Part shown: in pieces, positions 37,131-50,839 of the stretch
Layout: every line of letters starts with the position of its first letter
Numbering within the stretch: position 1 is the first letter of the stretch
Source: Octopus vulgaris
Taxonomy: Eukaryota
Length of the DNA: 64,000 bases
Assembly (NCBI GenBank): GCA_951406725.2
Contig: OX597816.1
Coordinates: 53,320,001 to 53,384,000, forward strand
Reading direction: 5' to 3'
The notes under the pieces: model-generated
The model's input: the letters and a program-made list of their open reading frames with translations, nothing else
Databases searched by the model: none
Told to the model about the DNA's origin: nothing
Program-made: the position numbers and the translations under genes

Positions 37131-38736
37131 CTAGTATGGTAAGAAGCTGTATGGTAAGAAGCTGTATGGTAAGAAGCTTGCTTCCCAACCACATGGTTCC
37201 AGGTTCAGTCTCACTGCATGGCACCTTGGGCAAGTGTCTTCTACTATAGCCTCGGGCCAACCACAGCCTTGTGAGTGGATTTGGTAGACGGAAACTGAAA
37301 GAAGCCCATCATATATACATATATATATTTGTATATATTTACGCATGTGTTTTCGTGTCTGTGTTTGTCCCCTCCACCATCACTTAACATATAATGTTAA
37401 TATGTTTACGTCCTGTAACTTAGCAGTTTGGCAAAATACACCAATAGAACAAATACTAGACTTACAAAGAATAAGACTAATAGTAGATTTCTTTGACTAA
37501 AAAAACCCCTTTAAGGCAGTGCCCCAGCATGGCCACAATCAAATGACTGAAACAAGTAAAAAAATAAAAGAATAAGAGAATCTCATAATCTGGATAGATG
37601 GCGCTGCATGCTGATTTAGGTGTATTTACACCATTTGTCTGCAGTGAGAAATTATATCCATGACAAAACACAATGAATGGCTTGCTTAAGGGTTCAAACG
37701 TGACTTAAGCATGTTTGAACTGATAATAACATAGCATTTATACACATCACTACTTAGCACTCCCACTGCATAATTTATTAATTTGGGCCACATTTGGTAA
37801 GCAGACTGTCTTAAAAAAAGACAAGTTTATTTTTTTATTTTCAACATTATTAATAGTTTCATTTTTATTTGGATCTCTTCCACAAAAGATTACCCTAAAT
37901 GAAAGTCAGAAAGTTTTATGCATGTCATATATTTTCCTGGCATAAGGCTGATCTCAAGACACAGGGCCTTACAAAGGAGATGACTAAGGACTGAGATGTC
38001 TGGCACCTTGCTGTACTCAAGAAGACACATCCACCACAGCAGAATTGATACTGGTGCTGGTATCACATAAAAAGCACTGGTGCTGGTGCCACATGTAAAG
38101 CACTCGTGCTGGTTCCACACTGTAAGCACTAGTTCTGGTGCTACATAAAAGCAGCCAGTACACTCTGTAAGGGGGTTGGAATTAAAATGGGCATCCAGCC
38201 ACAGAAACCATGCCAGAACAGACAATGGAGTAGCCCTCGAGCTAAACAGCTCCAAACAAACCATCCAACCAATGACAGCATGGAAAATAGACATTAAATT
38301 ACAATGAAGATATGAATAAATTCAGTCATTTTAAATATTTTTCTTATCCTAAATGTGGTTATCTCTGATGTTGAAAACATTGCAAATAATCAGACTCACC
38401 AATTAATATATGTGGTCAGTACCCCTTTATGATTTAATTATCAAATAATCTCATTTCCCAGCAATACTCAGTTTTACAAACCTTACTACTGAGTAAGCCT
38501 ATGTGGCCAGTAAGAAATGGTAAAGGTGATAATCCTTCTGATAATGATTAAGACCCTAGTAACATTCTGAGTTGTCTTCCTTGCCTGCTCAGCCAGAGAA
38601 TAATGTTAGCTACATCCAAATACTTTTTTTTTTTTATCAAATTACTGTGAAGTTTTTGAGGTGAGAAGATTGACAATGAACATTATTTACATTATTTACA
38701 TTCGACGGATATTTGTCCTCATCTTGTTTGTTGTTA

Positions 38737-38780
38737 ACACAATGTTTCGGCCTATACACCCTCCAGCCTTCTTCAGGTGT
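38737..38780 (-). ncRNA. Minimal hammerhead ribozyme motif in a PLE-derived short repeat (about 38680-38850)
   Basis: Minus strand reads acac-CTGAAGA-aggct..aggcc-GAAA-ca-TT-gtgt. Confidence 0.6.
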
Positions 38781-39100
38781 CTTGGGGAAATTTCGAACCT
38801 CGGTTCTTATTCCTAAGGTATTTTTCAATGTTATCATTATTATTGTTATCATTCAAGCAGGCAGAAACGTTAGCACGCCGGGCGAAATGCGTAGCCGTAT
38901 TTCGTCTTGCCATTACGTTCTGAGTTCAAATTCCGCCGAGGTTGTCTTTGCCTTCCATCCTTTCGGGGTCGATAAATTAAGTACCAGTTACGCACTGGGG
39001 TTGATGTAATCGACTTAATCCGTGTATCTGTCCTTGTTTGTCCCCTCTATGTTTAGCCCCTTGTGGGTAATAAAGAAACAAAAAATATTATTATTATTAC

Positions 39101-39140
<40 letters not shown>

Positions 39141-40840
39141 GTTGTTATTGTTCAGGTCACTGCTTGGATGAAGTTAAAATAATAGGCAGAGAGCACTGCT
39201 GTAAACAATGTAAACAATTGTATATCTAGGTATAAATTCTCTTACATTATGGTGTAAAGGTTGACAGCTTGACAATAATTATTAGACAACCAATACATGT
39301 TACAATATCTGTGGATGCTAAATTAGAAAAGAAATATTTTCCAGTATTAGAAAATTAAACTATTTTTGTCATCCTTTTTTTATGCTTTTGGTTCAAGGAT
39401 GCTTTTGTTATATGAAGGTCTAATATTCATATCAATATCATAAAATCATCTTAAATTGTTTCTGTACACAATCATCTGTGCAAGTGTATATACTGAGCGT
39501 AAGTTCATGTTCTCATTCCAAAATGTTTGTCAATTCGTATTAGAAGAACATAACTGCAATGTTTATGCAATAAACATAAATCTATTTAAACAGAATATTA
39601 TGCATACACATAAATGGTGTAAGGCAGCAAGCTGGCAGAATCGTTTGCACACCAGGTGAAATGCTCAGCGATATTTCGTCTGCCATTACATTCTGAGTTC
39701 AAATTCTGCCGAGGTCAACTTTGCCTTTCATCCTTTCGGGGTCAATTAAACAAGTACCAGTTACACACTGGAGTCGATGTAATCGACTTAATCCTTTTGT
39801 CTGTCCTTGTTTGACACCTCTATGTTTAGCCCCTTGGGGACAATAAAGAAATAAATACAACATGGTCTGTCTCACTCAAAGAATGAATGCGCCACCTGGT
39901 CCAAGAATCAAACCTGTGAACTTATAATCATGAGCCTAAACACTAATCACTTGGTAACATGCTTATTTAATTAGTGTATACCTCTGCATATTAATGTTTG
40001 TATAAAAGTGTGACTGCAGTATGCTCCTTTTTCCACCTCCAACACCACATAGTTAAACTAACAATGATTGTTCATATATACATACATACATACATATATA
40101 CGCACACACACACACATATAGTTTTATTGAATGAATGAGAACAAAAGCAAAAAAAAAACAAAATAAGTTTTTACAGAAATTTATTCCTATAATCTAATTC
40201 CCAATAAAGATATATGATCCTAATCATGAAGAGTAAATTTAATTAATTATCCAAATTATTTCACTTAGAGTTAATTTAGCTGGTATATTTCAATGCAAAT
40301 AGAGAAACTTGTAAAGAGATTAATTCAGTCTAAAATCAAATTGCGAAAAACCTGTAATACTTCTTTGAATATTTCATAAGACTTTAATTTAATATACAAT
40401 GTAGAGGTGCTACACAACTAAAAATGTAAACTTTAAACAGAAATGATGTATATCTGTACAAAAACATCCTTAATTTGCGATATCTTCAAGAAGGTGATTT
40501 GAAATTTGAGTCAAATATGAGACTAAGATGAGCTTATGAGAGATCCTGATGAAGGTGAGAGAGTGGGTGAATGACCTGTTAGATATAACAGCCAAATTTG
40601 GAGTTGCTTAACAACAAACGATGTACGATGTGCATTCAAAAAATATCCAACTTCTTTTTTTTCTCACCAGAACTAATGCTGCATGGCAAAATCCTTTGGA
40701 TGGGAGGAGGTGCCTCCCTTCCTAAGCATGCAAGTAAATTTCTATGCCAGTAGGCCATGTCAGTTCTCAGCTGTTATGCCTAAAGAAGAAACACGTAGTG
40801 CATGCCCAGTGGGTTTTCCCTTTCACCAAAAATATTGAAC

Positions 40841-41255
40841 ATAGGTGTAGGAATGGCTGTGTGGTAAGTAGCTTGCTTACCAACGACATGGTTCTGGGTT
40901 CAGTCCCACTGCGTGGCATCTTGGGCAAGTGTCTTCTAGTATAGCCTTGGGCCAACCAAAGCCATGTGAGGAGATTTCGTAGACGGAAACTGAAAGAAGC
41001 CCATCGTATATATGTATATATATGTGTGTGTATATGTTTGTGTGTCTGTGTTTGTCTCCCCAACATCGTTTGACAACTGATGCTGGTGTGTTTACATCCC
41101 CGTAACTTAGCGGTTTGGCAAAAGAGACTGATAGAATAAGTACTAGGCTTACAAAGAATAAGTCCTGGGGTCGATTTGTGCAACTAAAGGCTGTGCTCCA
41201 GCATAGCCACAGTCAAATGACTGAAACAAGTAAAACAGTAAAGAGTAAGAGTAAA
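40841..41255 (+). mobile_element. SINE family A inserted into the mariner at 40626-42460
   Basis: Complete head-to-tail copy with mariner sequence on both sides. Confidence 0.9.
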
Positions 41256-41787
41256 GATATTGCATCAAGATTTATCAAAAGCATGGTGATATTCAAGCTG
41301 AAACCGGCCAGAAGATTTAGCCGGCCTTTGGTGATGATGCCATGGGTAAAACTCAGATCAAGGAGTGGTACAACTGCTTCAAACATGGTGTACCTCAGTA
41401 AAGAGTGAGGAGCTGACTGTGAAGGTTTGGCGAATAGTCAAGGAAGACCGTTGTGTGACAATCCAGGAGATTGCACATGAAATGGGAATAAGCAGAGAGC
41501 ATTACATTTTGATGAAGGGTTTGTGCACGTGGAGGGTGTCAGTGAGGTTCTTCCATAAGACACCGGTGGAGCAGCAGAAGCAAATCCACAAATCCACATG
41601 GAGATTGCTTGGGGCATGTTGGACTGTGCAAATATGACCCAGACTTCATGAAGACCATCAGTACTGGTGATGAGACATGGAGTTATGGTCTTCACTCAAT
41701 GCGTTCAGTCATCTTGCATGAAAATGAAAATCCGATGAGCAAGCACTACATATTTGTACTCTAACAGCCAGGAACTAACACAACTTA

Positions 41788-42334
41788 TTGGGTTGTCTGG
41801 AAAGTTTGTGCTGATTTATAGTAGCTTACCTTTCGACTTAATTTAGAACATGGTTGAGTCCATAAAATAGGATTTGACTACACCTCCATTTAGAGCACAG
41901 TTTAAGCTATCTTTTTGTGGAAGAAGATTTATGATCCTATAACCTGCGTTAATTCTGTAACCCTTTAAAATGGAAGATAAGAAAGTTCATTTTCGGTACT
42001 TGATGCTTTGGGAACCAGACAAAAATTGCTGCAAACCACCACCCCATATTCACCAGATATTGCTCCTTCGGATTTCCACTTATTCAGGTCTCTGCAGAAT
42101 AGTCTTAATGGTAAATATTTTAATTCCTTGGATGACATAAAAAGATACCTTGATGAATTCTTTGACATGAAACTACCTCAATTCTGGGAAGTGGTATTTT
42201 CAAGGCAAAGGAAACATGGAGATGCATTGTGCAACAAAATAGTTCATATTTGGTTGATTTAAAATGTAATGGCAAGTATCTATTGACTTTTTTCTTTCCT
42301 TTAAAAATTAGCACGAACTTTCCGGACAACCCAA
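41788..42334 (+). mobile_element. Second copy of the deleted mariner at 412-977, nested in an older mariner
   Basis: Same TIRs, TA TSD and internal deletion junction, with the YSPDIAPSDFHLF motif. Confidence 0.95.
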
Positions 42335-44353
42335 TACAAGCACAAAAATTTTCATGCTTGCGCAGGTAGGGTGGCATCTCCTTCCAGCCAAAACATTTTG
42401 CCCACATTGCATTAGTTTGGCAGGAAAAAATGAAGCCAGATACTTTCTGAATGCACCTTGTACATCTGTGCAAAACGAAAGGAAAATTTTGGGATATTTT
42501 CAAGAAGGTTTTTTGAAACAGTTGAGTAAAATATGAGGCTAACACAAACAAGACGAGTGAGTGGGTCACTGGTCACCATCAACATTATCATTAATATTTA
42601 ACATCTGTATTTGATGCTAGCATAGGTTAGATGGTTTGGTAGGATCAGACTAGTCTGAGGACTGTATTACAAGAACAAACACCACTAAGCATTTTATCTG
42701 ATATTCTAATAGTTCTGCTAATTCACTGCAAAGCTCTATAAGGTAACTCACCCTGTGAGAAAAGGCAATCAAACTTTCTTTGAATTGTCCCTATCATCTT
42801 TGAAAAATAAAGATACATCATCATCATCATCATCATCGTTTAACGTCTGTTTTCCGCGCTAGCACGGGTTGGACGGTTCGACTGGGGTCTGGGAAGCCAG
42901 GGGCTGCACCAGGCTCCAGTCTGATCTGGCAGAGTTTCTACAGCTGGATGCCCTTCCTAACGCCAACCACTCCGCGAGTGTAGTGGGTGCTTTTTACGTG
43001 CCACCTGCACAGGTGCCAGGGGGTCCGGCATCGGCCACGATCGGTTGGAGCTTTTAACGTGCCACCGGCACGGAAGCCAGTTGGGGTGGCGCTGGCAACG
43101 GCCACATTCAGATGGTGCTTTTTATGTGCCACCGGCACAGAAGCCAGTCGGGGCGGCCATGGCTGGCATAGAATTATCTATTCTTAATAATACTATATTT
43201 GAGAAAATTTGATCATACAACTATTGAGTCATGCTTGGCCAGGAACTACGCAACCAGCCAACATTACATTAAAGAACTGATGTAAAATACAAAATCTACT
43301 TTATGCTTATACAGAATACAAAATGTTATTTGTATTACATACAGGTTTGAAAGAAAATGGCATTTTTGATAAGTAATTGAAATAAATATCTTTTGTCACA
43401 GATCAGACATAAAAGAGAACAAATTTTTCATGTAGAATTAATTTGCATTACAGGTTTTAATTTTAAAAAATTATGTTAGAAAAGGTTACATGTGACATGA
43501 CATGCACTTAACTCACAATTTTTTTCTATAATACATATCATATTTGCAGACATATGCACTCACCTCGCTTCACCTTTGTGTGTGTATGCATGTGTAAGTG
43601 TTCAAAATATATGCATACTTTCACACAAACATACAATAGATAAATATATACACACATGCATACAAACTCACATACATACATGCATACTTACATACATATA
43701 TATGTATACACACACAAACATATATGTATGCATGCATGTATGTATGTACGTACATACGTATATATGTATGTATGTACGTACGTACGTTTGTATGTATGTA
43801 TACACAGTTGACTGGTAGAATCATTACTGTATTGAACAGAATATGTTGCAATACTTTCTTTTAGTTTAAATTTAAATTTGGTGAGTTGGTAGTATCATTA
43901 CCATTTCAAACAAAATGTTAGGCACCATTTCTTCCAAAATTGCATTCTGAGTTCAAATGCTGCTAGGATTAATTTTGTCTTTTATTCTATTGGGGTCAAT
44001 AAAATAAGTACCAGTTAAGCATGGGGTGGGGAGTCAATGTAACTGAATTACCCCTTCCCTCTGAAATTGCAAGCTTTCTGCCAAAATTTGAAACCAATAT
44101 TTTTCCTCAATCTAACTTCATCTTTCATACCTTGGGGATAAATAAGTAAAGTACCACCACTTTCTTGCATTCTAGTGGCCATCATGCTGGATGTTGTACT
44201 TTGCCAAAATTTGGAGGGCCAGCTTGGTTCTTGTATCTGCTCATGACTGTATAGGCACCTAAAACAGTTAGTAAAAGCATGGCACACCCTACCAAATAAT
44301 CTATAATTGTGAATGACAGTAGTTGTATACACACACATACACACACTTATATA

Positions 44354-44880
44354 CAGGGAGTTCTGACTAAATTTGACAGTTTGCACAAAAGAAAAAAAGT
44401 AAACACAATATTCCATCCCAAAATAAAAGGATTTTAAAAAATCAAGAAATACCAACTAGCTTAGGGCTGGGAGATAACAGTTTACTCAAAGTAACCACTC
44501 TCAGCTTCCACCACAGTTTAAAGATGGCTCCAGAGCCTGATGTGTGCATTCATCCCTATGGGAAGATGTTCAAATATTATCTTTACCTTGGTCACAAACC
44601 CACCTAGGTGTTGTCAGCAGAGCAGTTGGTGTCTTTCTCAACTATACCTCACACATAGTAATCCATGGGGTTTCAATCAAGGGAATTAGAAGGCCAGACA
44701 GTGGGGTGGGCAAAGTCATAGAAATTCTCCAACGACCTCTTCTGACTCTTTCCAGTGGTATAGCTAGGAGCCAAAATCCTGCTGCCACACAGATATGGCC
44801 TTTCAGCAACAAACATCTCCAGCTAGTGTTTGACCAGTCTCCGGCAGATTCACATAGCCATCTGAATTGAGACTAAGGCC
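44354..44880 (-). mobile_element. Fossil DD37D (maT-type) Tc1/mariner 3' end
   Basis: Minus-strand translation with one frameshift gives WQQD-(37 aa)-D within WPSNSLD*NPMDYYV*GIVEKDTN, and the C-terminus VVEAESGYFE*. The terminus is ta|cagggagttctg. Confidence 0.8.
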
Positions 44881-45551
44881 CTGTTCAAAGATGTAGTGAT
44901 GAATTATGGCATGCAGACACAGTCATACTGCTTCCACTATATCGGCGAGCTGGCAGACACTTTAGCTCGCCAGGCGAAATGCTTAGCGGTATTTCGTCTG
45001 TCGTTACATTCTGAGTTCAAATTCCGCCGAGGTCAACTTTGCCTTTCATCCTTTCCGGGTCGATAAATAAAGTACCAGTTTCGCACTGGGGGCGATATAA
45101 TCGACTCAATCCCTTCGTCTGTCCTTCTTTGTCCCCTCTATGTTTAGCCCCTTCAGGGTAGTAAAGAAATATATATCCCACTTCTTGAGGTTATAGTAGA
45201 AGATACCAAGGTACTGTGCAGCAGAACTTAAGTATCTGTTTAAAAAGTGGATTTGTCAGGGTGTATATTTTGGTATGCATGTCAGTGTTTGTTGAGTATG
45301 TGTGTCAGTTTCTAACTGTTTTCATATACTTTTTTACTTTTTTTCTACTTTTTTACTTGTTTCAATCATTTGACTGTGGCCATGCTGGAGCACCACCTTT
45401 AATCGAGCAAATCGCTCCCAGCACTTTTTCTTTTTAAGCCTAGTACTTATTCAATTGGTCTCTTTTGCTGAACCGCTAAGTTACAGGGACGTAACACACC
45501 AGCATTGGTTGTCAAGTGATGTAGAGGGGACAAACACAGATGCACAAATGT

Positions 45552-45604
<53 letters not shown>

Positions 45605-46076
45605 TATGACAGGCTTCTTTCAGTTTCTTTCTACCAAATCCACTCACAAGGCTTTGGTCAGCCTGAGGCTATAGTAGAAAACACTTGCCCAAGGTTCCAC
45701 ACAGTGGGACTGAACCTAGAACCATGTATTTGGTAAGCAAGCTACTTACCACACAGCCACTCCTACACCTATGTATATGTTTATATGTGTCTTCTCCATA
45801 TGTGCATTATTTTATTTTATTGTCTTTCTTCCAACTATGTTTCCAAATAAGTTTCTTTAACAAGCTGATATGACAAAGAACAAAATTCTGAGGTTCTAAG
45901 ACCAAGAAATGCATGAAGTCATCGTAGGCAACAGGGGTAGATGTAAGAGTACATTAGTTGAAACATTTTGTCTCATGGTATTATATTTTCAGAAACACAT
46001 AAAAAACAAATACACTTTCAATTTTAGCTTTATAATTTATTCCTTAATACTTGCTTCTTAAGATATTACTCCAGAA

Positions 46077-46295
46077 CAGTGGTTTTCAACCAGGGTTCTG
46101 CGGAACCTTAGGGTTCCACCAGTACAGTCCAGGGGTTCAGCAAGAAGTTACAAAACTGCTAAAATCGGCAGTAATTTTTAATTCTCCTGTACAGATATGT
46201 GTGCATAAGACTATTAAATTATTGCACAGGGGTTCCCCAAGCCCGTGGAATGTTTCCTTGGGGTTTCGCTCCAGCAAGAAGTTTGAAAAGCATTG
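46077..46295. mobile_element. hAT (Charlie-like) MITE
   Basis: TIRs cagtggttttcaac / tttgaaaagcattg, with a perfect 8-bp TSD ctccagaa at 46069-46076 and 46296-46303. Confidence 0.9.
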
Positions 46296-47774
46296 CTCCA
46301 GAAGTATGTTTATTGTTACCATCTTATGACTACCAATGCACAGTCACTCAACCTGAGGAAAAAATTAACGGCCGAATCTCCTTCAAACTTCACCAAGTCA
46401 TCTTACCATGAATGAATTTTATTTCATTTTTAGCATAGCATAAAATAGTTCTGTTTGATTAGTGTCATCATGGGATTTCACAACAAAGAACTCAATAACA
46501 ATTATCCAGACAAATACACAGCAGCATTTAATTATGTTCTTTACATTTTGAGTTCAAATCCAACTGATGGCAATTTTACCTTTTATCCGTCTGGGTTTGA
46601 TTGATTGATTAAATTGACTTCAATTCTTGTTCCAAATTATGTGGCATTGTGCCAGAATTAGAAATCATTATTATTAAAAAGAAGAGAAAAAAATACTTTA
46701 ATCGTAAGCTAATTTAGAAAATTGTTAGAAATCAATTTGCCAGTTTTATTCTTCACAGAAGGGAATATATTTGCATGCATTGTAAATTCTGTGCATACAA
46801 AACATGTACACACACACACACGCAAACAAACAAACACACACAGCAGTATACAACTGAGTTTTATGTGAGTTAAAAATGTACTATTTCATACCTCAGAACA
46901 GTTTAGTATGAAAATTTACAAGCTTGGCTACTTTAATTTTTTACTTCATCTTCAGAGTCTTAAATGTTAAGAAATTCTATTTTCTTTCAACTTAAAGAAA
47001 GATGAATAAGAAAAGAAAGGATATCAAAGAAAAACATTATTTTAATCATCTTACTTAATTTAAATGAGTTTTCTATCCCATTGTATACACTATTTCAGAA
47101 TTTCAATTAATATGAGAATCTAATAATCTATTGGCATTTTTTTTATATAAAAGTATAAATGCCTATGAATAATAACTCTAATATACTAAGAGACCAATAA
47201 GTCATCAACTTTAAAGTAATTAGGTTATAAAAGCCAAAACAACATCATAAAAGCATATAATATATATTGATTTCTTAAAGAGGCACAAGGCTACACAATT
47301 TGTTTCCAGCATGGGTCAACCCTATGATCAAATGAACTAATGATCAAAGCCACATTAAACAAATGATCACAAGGATAATAATGTGAATAATAATTGTTTC
47401 AAATTTTGGCATAAAGCCAGCAATTTTAGGGGAAGGAGTAAGCTGATTACAATTACCTCAAAAGGATGAAAGGCAGAGTTGACCTAAGTGGAATTTGAAA
47501 CTCAAAACATGAAGAGTCACAAGAAACGCAGCTAAACATTTTATCAGATGTGCTAATAATGCTAATAATAATAATGATTGATATCAGTATATACACATGG
47601 CCTGAAATTGGGGAGAAGTTTAATGATTAAACTGACCCCAGTATTCAACAAGTACTTTATTTTATTGACCCCCTGGAGTAATAAAAGGCAAAGTCAACTG
47701 CGATATGATTATTATTCTGAACGTAGACAGCCTGACCAAATACTGCAAAACAGTTAGTCTGACATTATAATGAT

Positions 47775-48227
47775 TCTTATTTCTTTATTGCCCACAAAGG
47801 GCTAAACATAGAGGGGACAAACAAGGACGGACAGAGGGATTAAGTCGATTACATCGACCCCAGTGCGTAACTGGTACTTAATCTATTGACCCCAAAAGGA
47901 TGAAAGGCAAAGTCGACCTCGGCAGAATTTGAACTCAGAACGTAATGGCAGACAAAATGCTACTATGCACTTCACCCGGCATGCTAACATTTCTTATTTC
48001 TCTATTGCCCACAAGGGACTATACATAGAGGGAACAAACAAGGACAGACAAACGGATTAAGTCGATTATATCGACCCCAGTACATAACTGGTACTTATTT
48101 AATCGACCCTGAAAGGATGAAAGGTAAAGTCGACCTCGGCAGAATTTGAACTCAGAACGTAGCGGCAGACGAAATACCGCCTAGCATTTCGCCCGGCGTG
48201 CTAACATTTCTGCCAGCTCGCTGCCTT
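47775..48227 (-). mobile_element. Head-to-tail dimer of SINE family B inserted in an older copy
   Basis: Two tandem units flanked by a gtctgaca(t/c)tataat duplication. Confidence 0.8.
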
Positions 48228-49120
48228 GTCTGACACTATAATATCGCATTATAGTCTGACACTATAATGATTCTGCTAGCTAATGATAATCATAATGATA
48301 ATAATGATGATGATGATAATAATCCTTTCTATTATAGACACAATACGTGCAATTTGGGGGAGGGGGCAGTCGATTACATCAACCCCAGTACTCAATTGAT
48401 ACTCATTTCGTCCTCTCAGGGTTGATGAAATAAGTACCAGTTGTGCACTTGGATCAGTGTAATCAATTGGACCCTTCCCTCAAACTGCAGTCCTTGCTCA
48501 ACTGGTACTTCTTTTAGTGATCTGAAAAGGATGAACGGCAAAGTCAACCTCGGCAGGATTTAAACTCAGAACATTAAGCAGAAGAAACACTGCCAAGCAT
48601 TTCATTTGCAGCAGTAACATAACAATTCTGCGAACTCGCTACCTTAATAATAATATTCTTTTATTTGTTTCAGTCGTTTGACTGTGGCCATGCTGGAGCA
48701 CCGCCTTTAGTTGAGCAAATCGACCCCAGGACTTATTCTTTGTAAGCCTTAGTACTTATTCTATCGGTCTCTCTTGCCGAACCACTAAGTTACAGGAATG
48801 TAAACACACCAGCATCTGTTGTCAAGCGATGTTGGGGAGACAAACACAGACACACAAACATATACATACATACATACATACATATATATATATATATACA
48901 ACAGGCTTCTTTCCATTTCTGTCTACCAAACCCACTCACAAGGCTTTAGTCGGCCCGAGTGGGACTGAACCAAGAACCATGTGGTTGGCAAAGAAGCTAC
49001 TTACCATACAGCCACTCCTGCGCCTATGTATATATGAAAAAAGAGAGAGTAAGGTAAATGTAAACTAATTTCTATTTACATTATTTACATTTGACGGATA
49101 TTTACCCTCATCTTGTTTGC

Positions 49121-49164
49121 TGTTAACATTTCGGCTGATATACCCTCCAGCATTCATCAGGTGT
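49121..49164 (-). ncRNA. Decayed hammerhead motif, second copy of the 38737 family (repeat about 49070-49300)
   Basis: Minus strand reads acac-CTGATGA-atgctg..cagcc-GAAA-tgtt, with the 3' strand of stem I deleted. Flanks align with 38685-38840. Confidence 0.5.
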
Positions 49165-50341
49165 CTTGGGGAAATTTCGAACCTGGGTTCTCATTCCTAA
49201 GGTATATTTCAATGTTATTATTATTGTTCAAGTCATTGTTTGGAATTGAACTCGGAATCTTGGGGTTAGTAGCCCGTGCTCTTAACCACTACGCCATATG
49301 CCTGTGCGCAATAATAATAATAATAATGTTCTTTTCTACTGTAGGTGCAAGATCAGCAATTTTTCAAAGTTTTAGGTGTTATTTCTAATATATAAAGCAT
49401 CCACATAGAGACTGCCACTAGCTGGTATAGCCCTTCTAGATCAGCTCAGTGTGAACAGTTCTACAGCATGCAATTGGTCAGCTGAACAACTAGGCCCAAC
49501 CCACAGACCTATTGTTTCCATTATGCCATTTCTCTACAAAGATGTGAACTTGGCAGTGGAATGGTATGACTACAACTGCTCATCTGTATGTAGGTTCAGT
49601 TAGGAAGGATGGGATGATAGCTTATGCAAGCTTTCCGAGATAAATAATTCATGGCGATGAAGGATTATTGCAATTTTCCATAGCATAATCGCATGATTAA
49701 CCAGGAAAATTCTCTCATGCTTATATGCTTGTTGATCAACCTAGTTTATTATTAACAAAGTATATTTCAGTTCAGCATGATATTAAGTCTTGAAGTAATG
49801 ACATAGTTAAATAGACATGTAGCCAAATAGGTATGGGAATAATCAGTAGAGCATCAAACAAAATAATTACAGTGTTTGATTACACTTTTTTTATATTCAG
49901 CATTCATATCCCACTCAGGTCAAACACCTCATTCTCAGGTCATTTAAATAAGTACCCAGCAAAATGTGGTGAGGCATATAATTGATTTAAATTATTTGAA
50001 ATTGGTACCCCAACATGGTCTTAGTTTACTGACTAAAACTAGTAAGACATCATAAGAATGCTGATAAGATGTGTTTATGTGTGGCCAGGGAGTTGGGCTG
50101 TTTAAGCTTACAATCATGAGGTGAGGATTCAATTCTTGGACATACTGTGTTATTAAGCATTGCATTTCATTCCATATTGCTTCAATCTCATCATCATCAT
50201 CATCATCGTTTAACGTCCGTTCTCCATTATAGCATGGGTTGGACGGTTCAACCGGGGATCTGGGAAGCCAGAAGGCTGCACCAGGCTCCAGTCTTATCTG
50301 GCAATGTTTCTACAGCTGGATCTCAATAATAATAAATAAAT

Positions 50342-50839
50342 GCACCCTTTTTAAAGCCTAGCCAGGCTCATGGGCCCAGTTTCCCGGTTTCTATAGCGTA
50401 TGTGCTCCCCAGCTGGACAGGACACTAGTCCATTGCAGCGTTACTTATTTTTGTCGGCTTAGTGGACTGGAGCAATGTGAAATGAAGTGTTTTGCTCAAG
50501 AACACAACACGTCACCCGGTCCAGGAATCAAAACCACAATCTTACGATCGTGATGCTGACACCCTAACCACTAAGCCACGTGCTTCCACATGTGCCCTTT
50601 TAAAGCCTAGCCAGGCTCATGGGCCCGGTTTCCCAGTTTCAATGGTGTATGTGTTCCCCAGCTGGACGGGACACAAGTCCATCGCAGCGTTACTCATTTT
50701 TGCCAGCTGAGTGGACTGGAACAACGTGAAATGAAGTATTTTGCTCAAGAACACAACGCGTCACCCGGTCCAGGAATCAAAACCACAATCTTACGATCAT
50801 GATGCTGACACCCTAACCACTAAGCCATGTGCCTCCACT
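50342..50839 (-). mobile_element. Tandem pair of tRNA SINE family D (about 248 bp each). Other copies: 54692-54940(-), 22992-23143(-, truncated)
   Basis: Two adjacent near-identical units with minus-strand head tggcttagtggttagggtg..gattcctggacc. Confidence 0.85.

Larger units (their letters stand above)
40626..42460 (+). mobile_element. Degenerate mariner with long (about 120 bp) inverted termini, interrupted by a SINE and a mariner
   Basis: ta|cgatgtgcattcaaaaaatatcc .. gatactttctgaatgcaccttg|ta. Frameshifted transposase pieces FGDDAMGKTQIKEWY, EDRCVTIQEIAHEMGIS and TGDETW occur at about 41320-41690. Confidence 0.85.
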
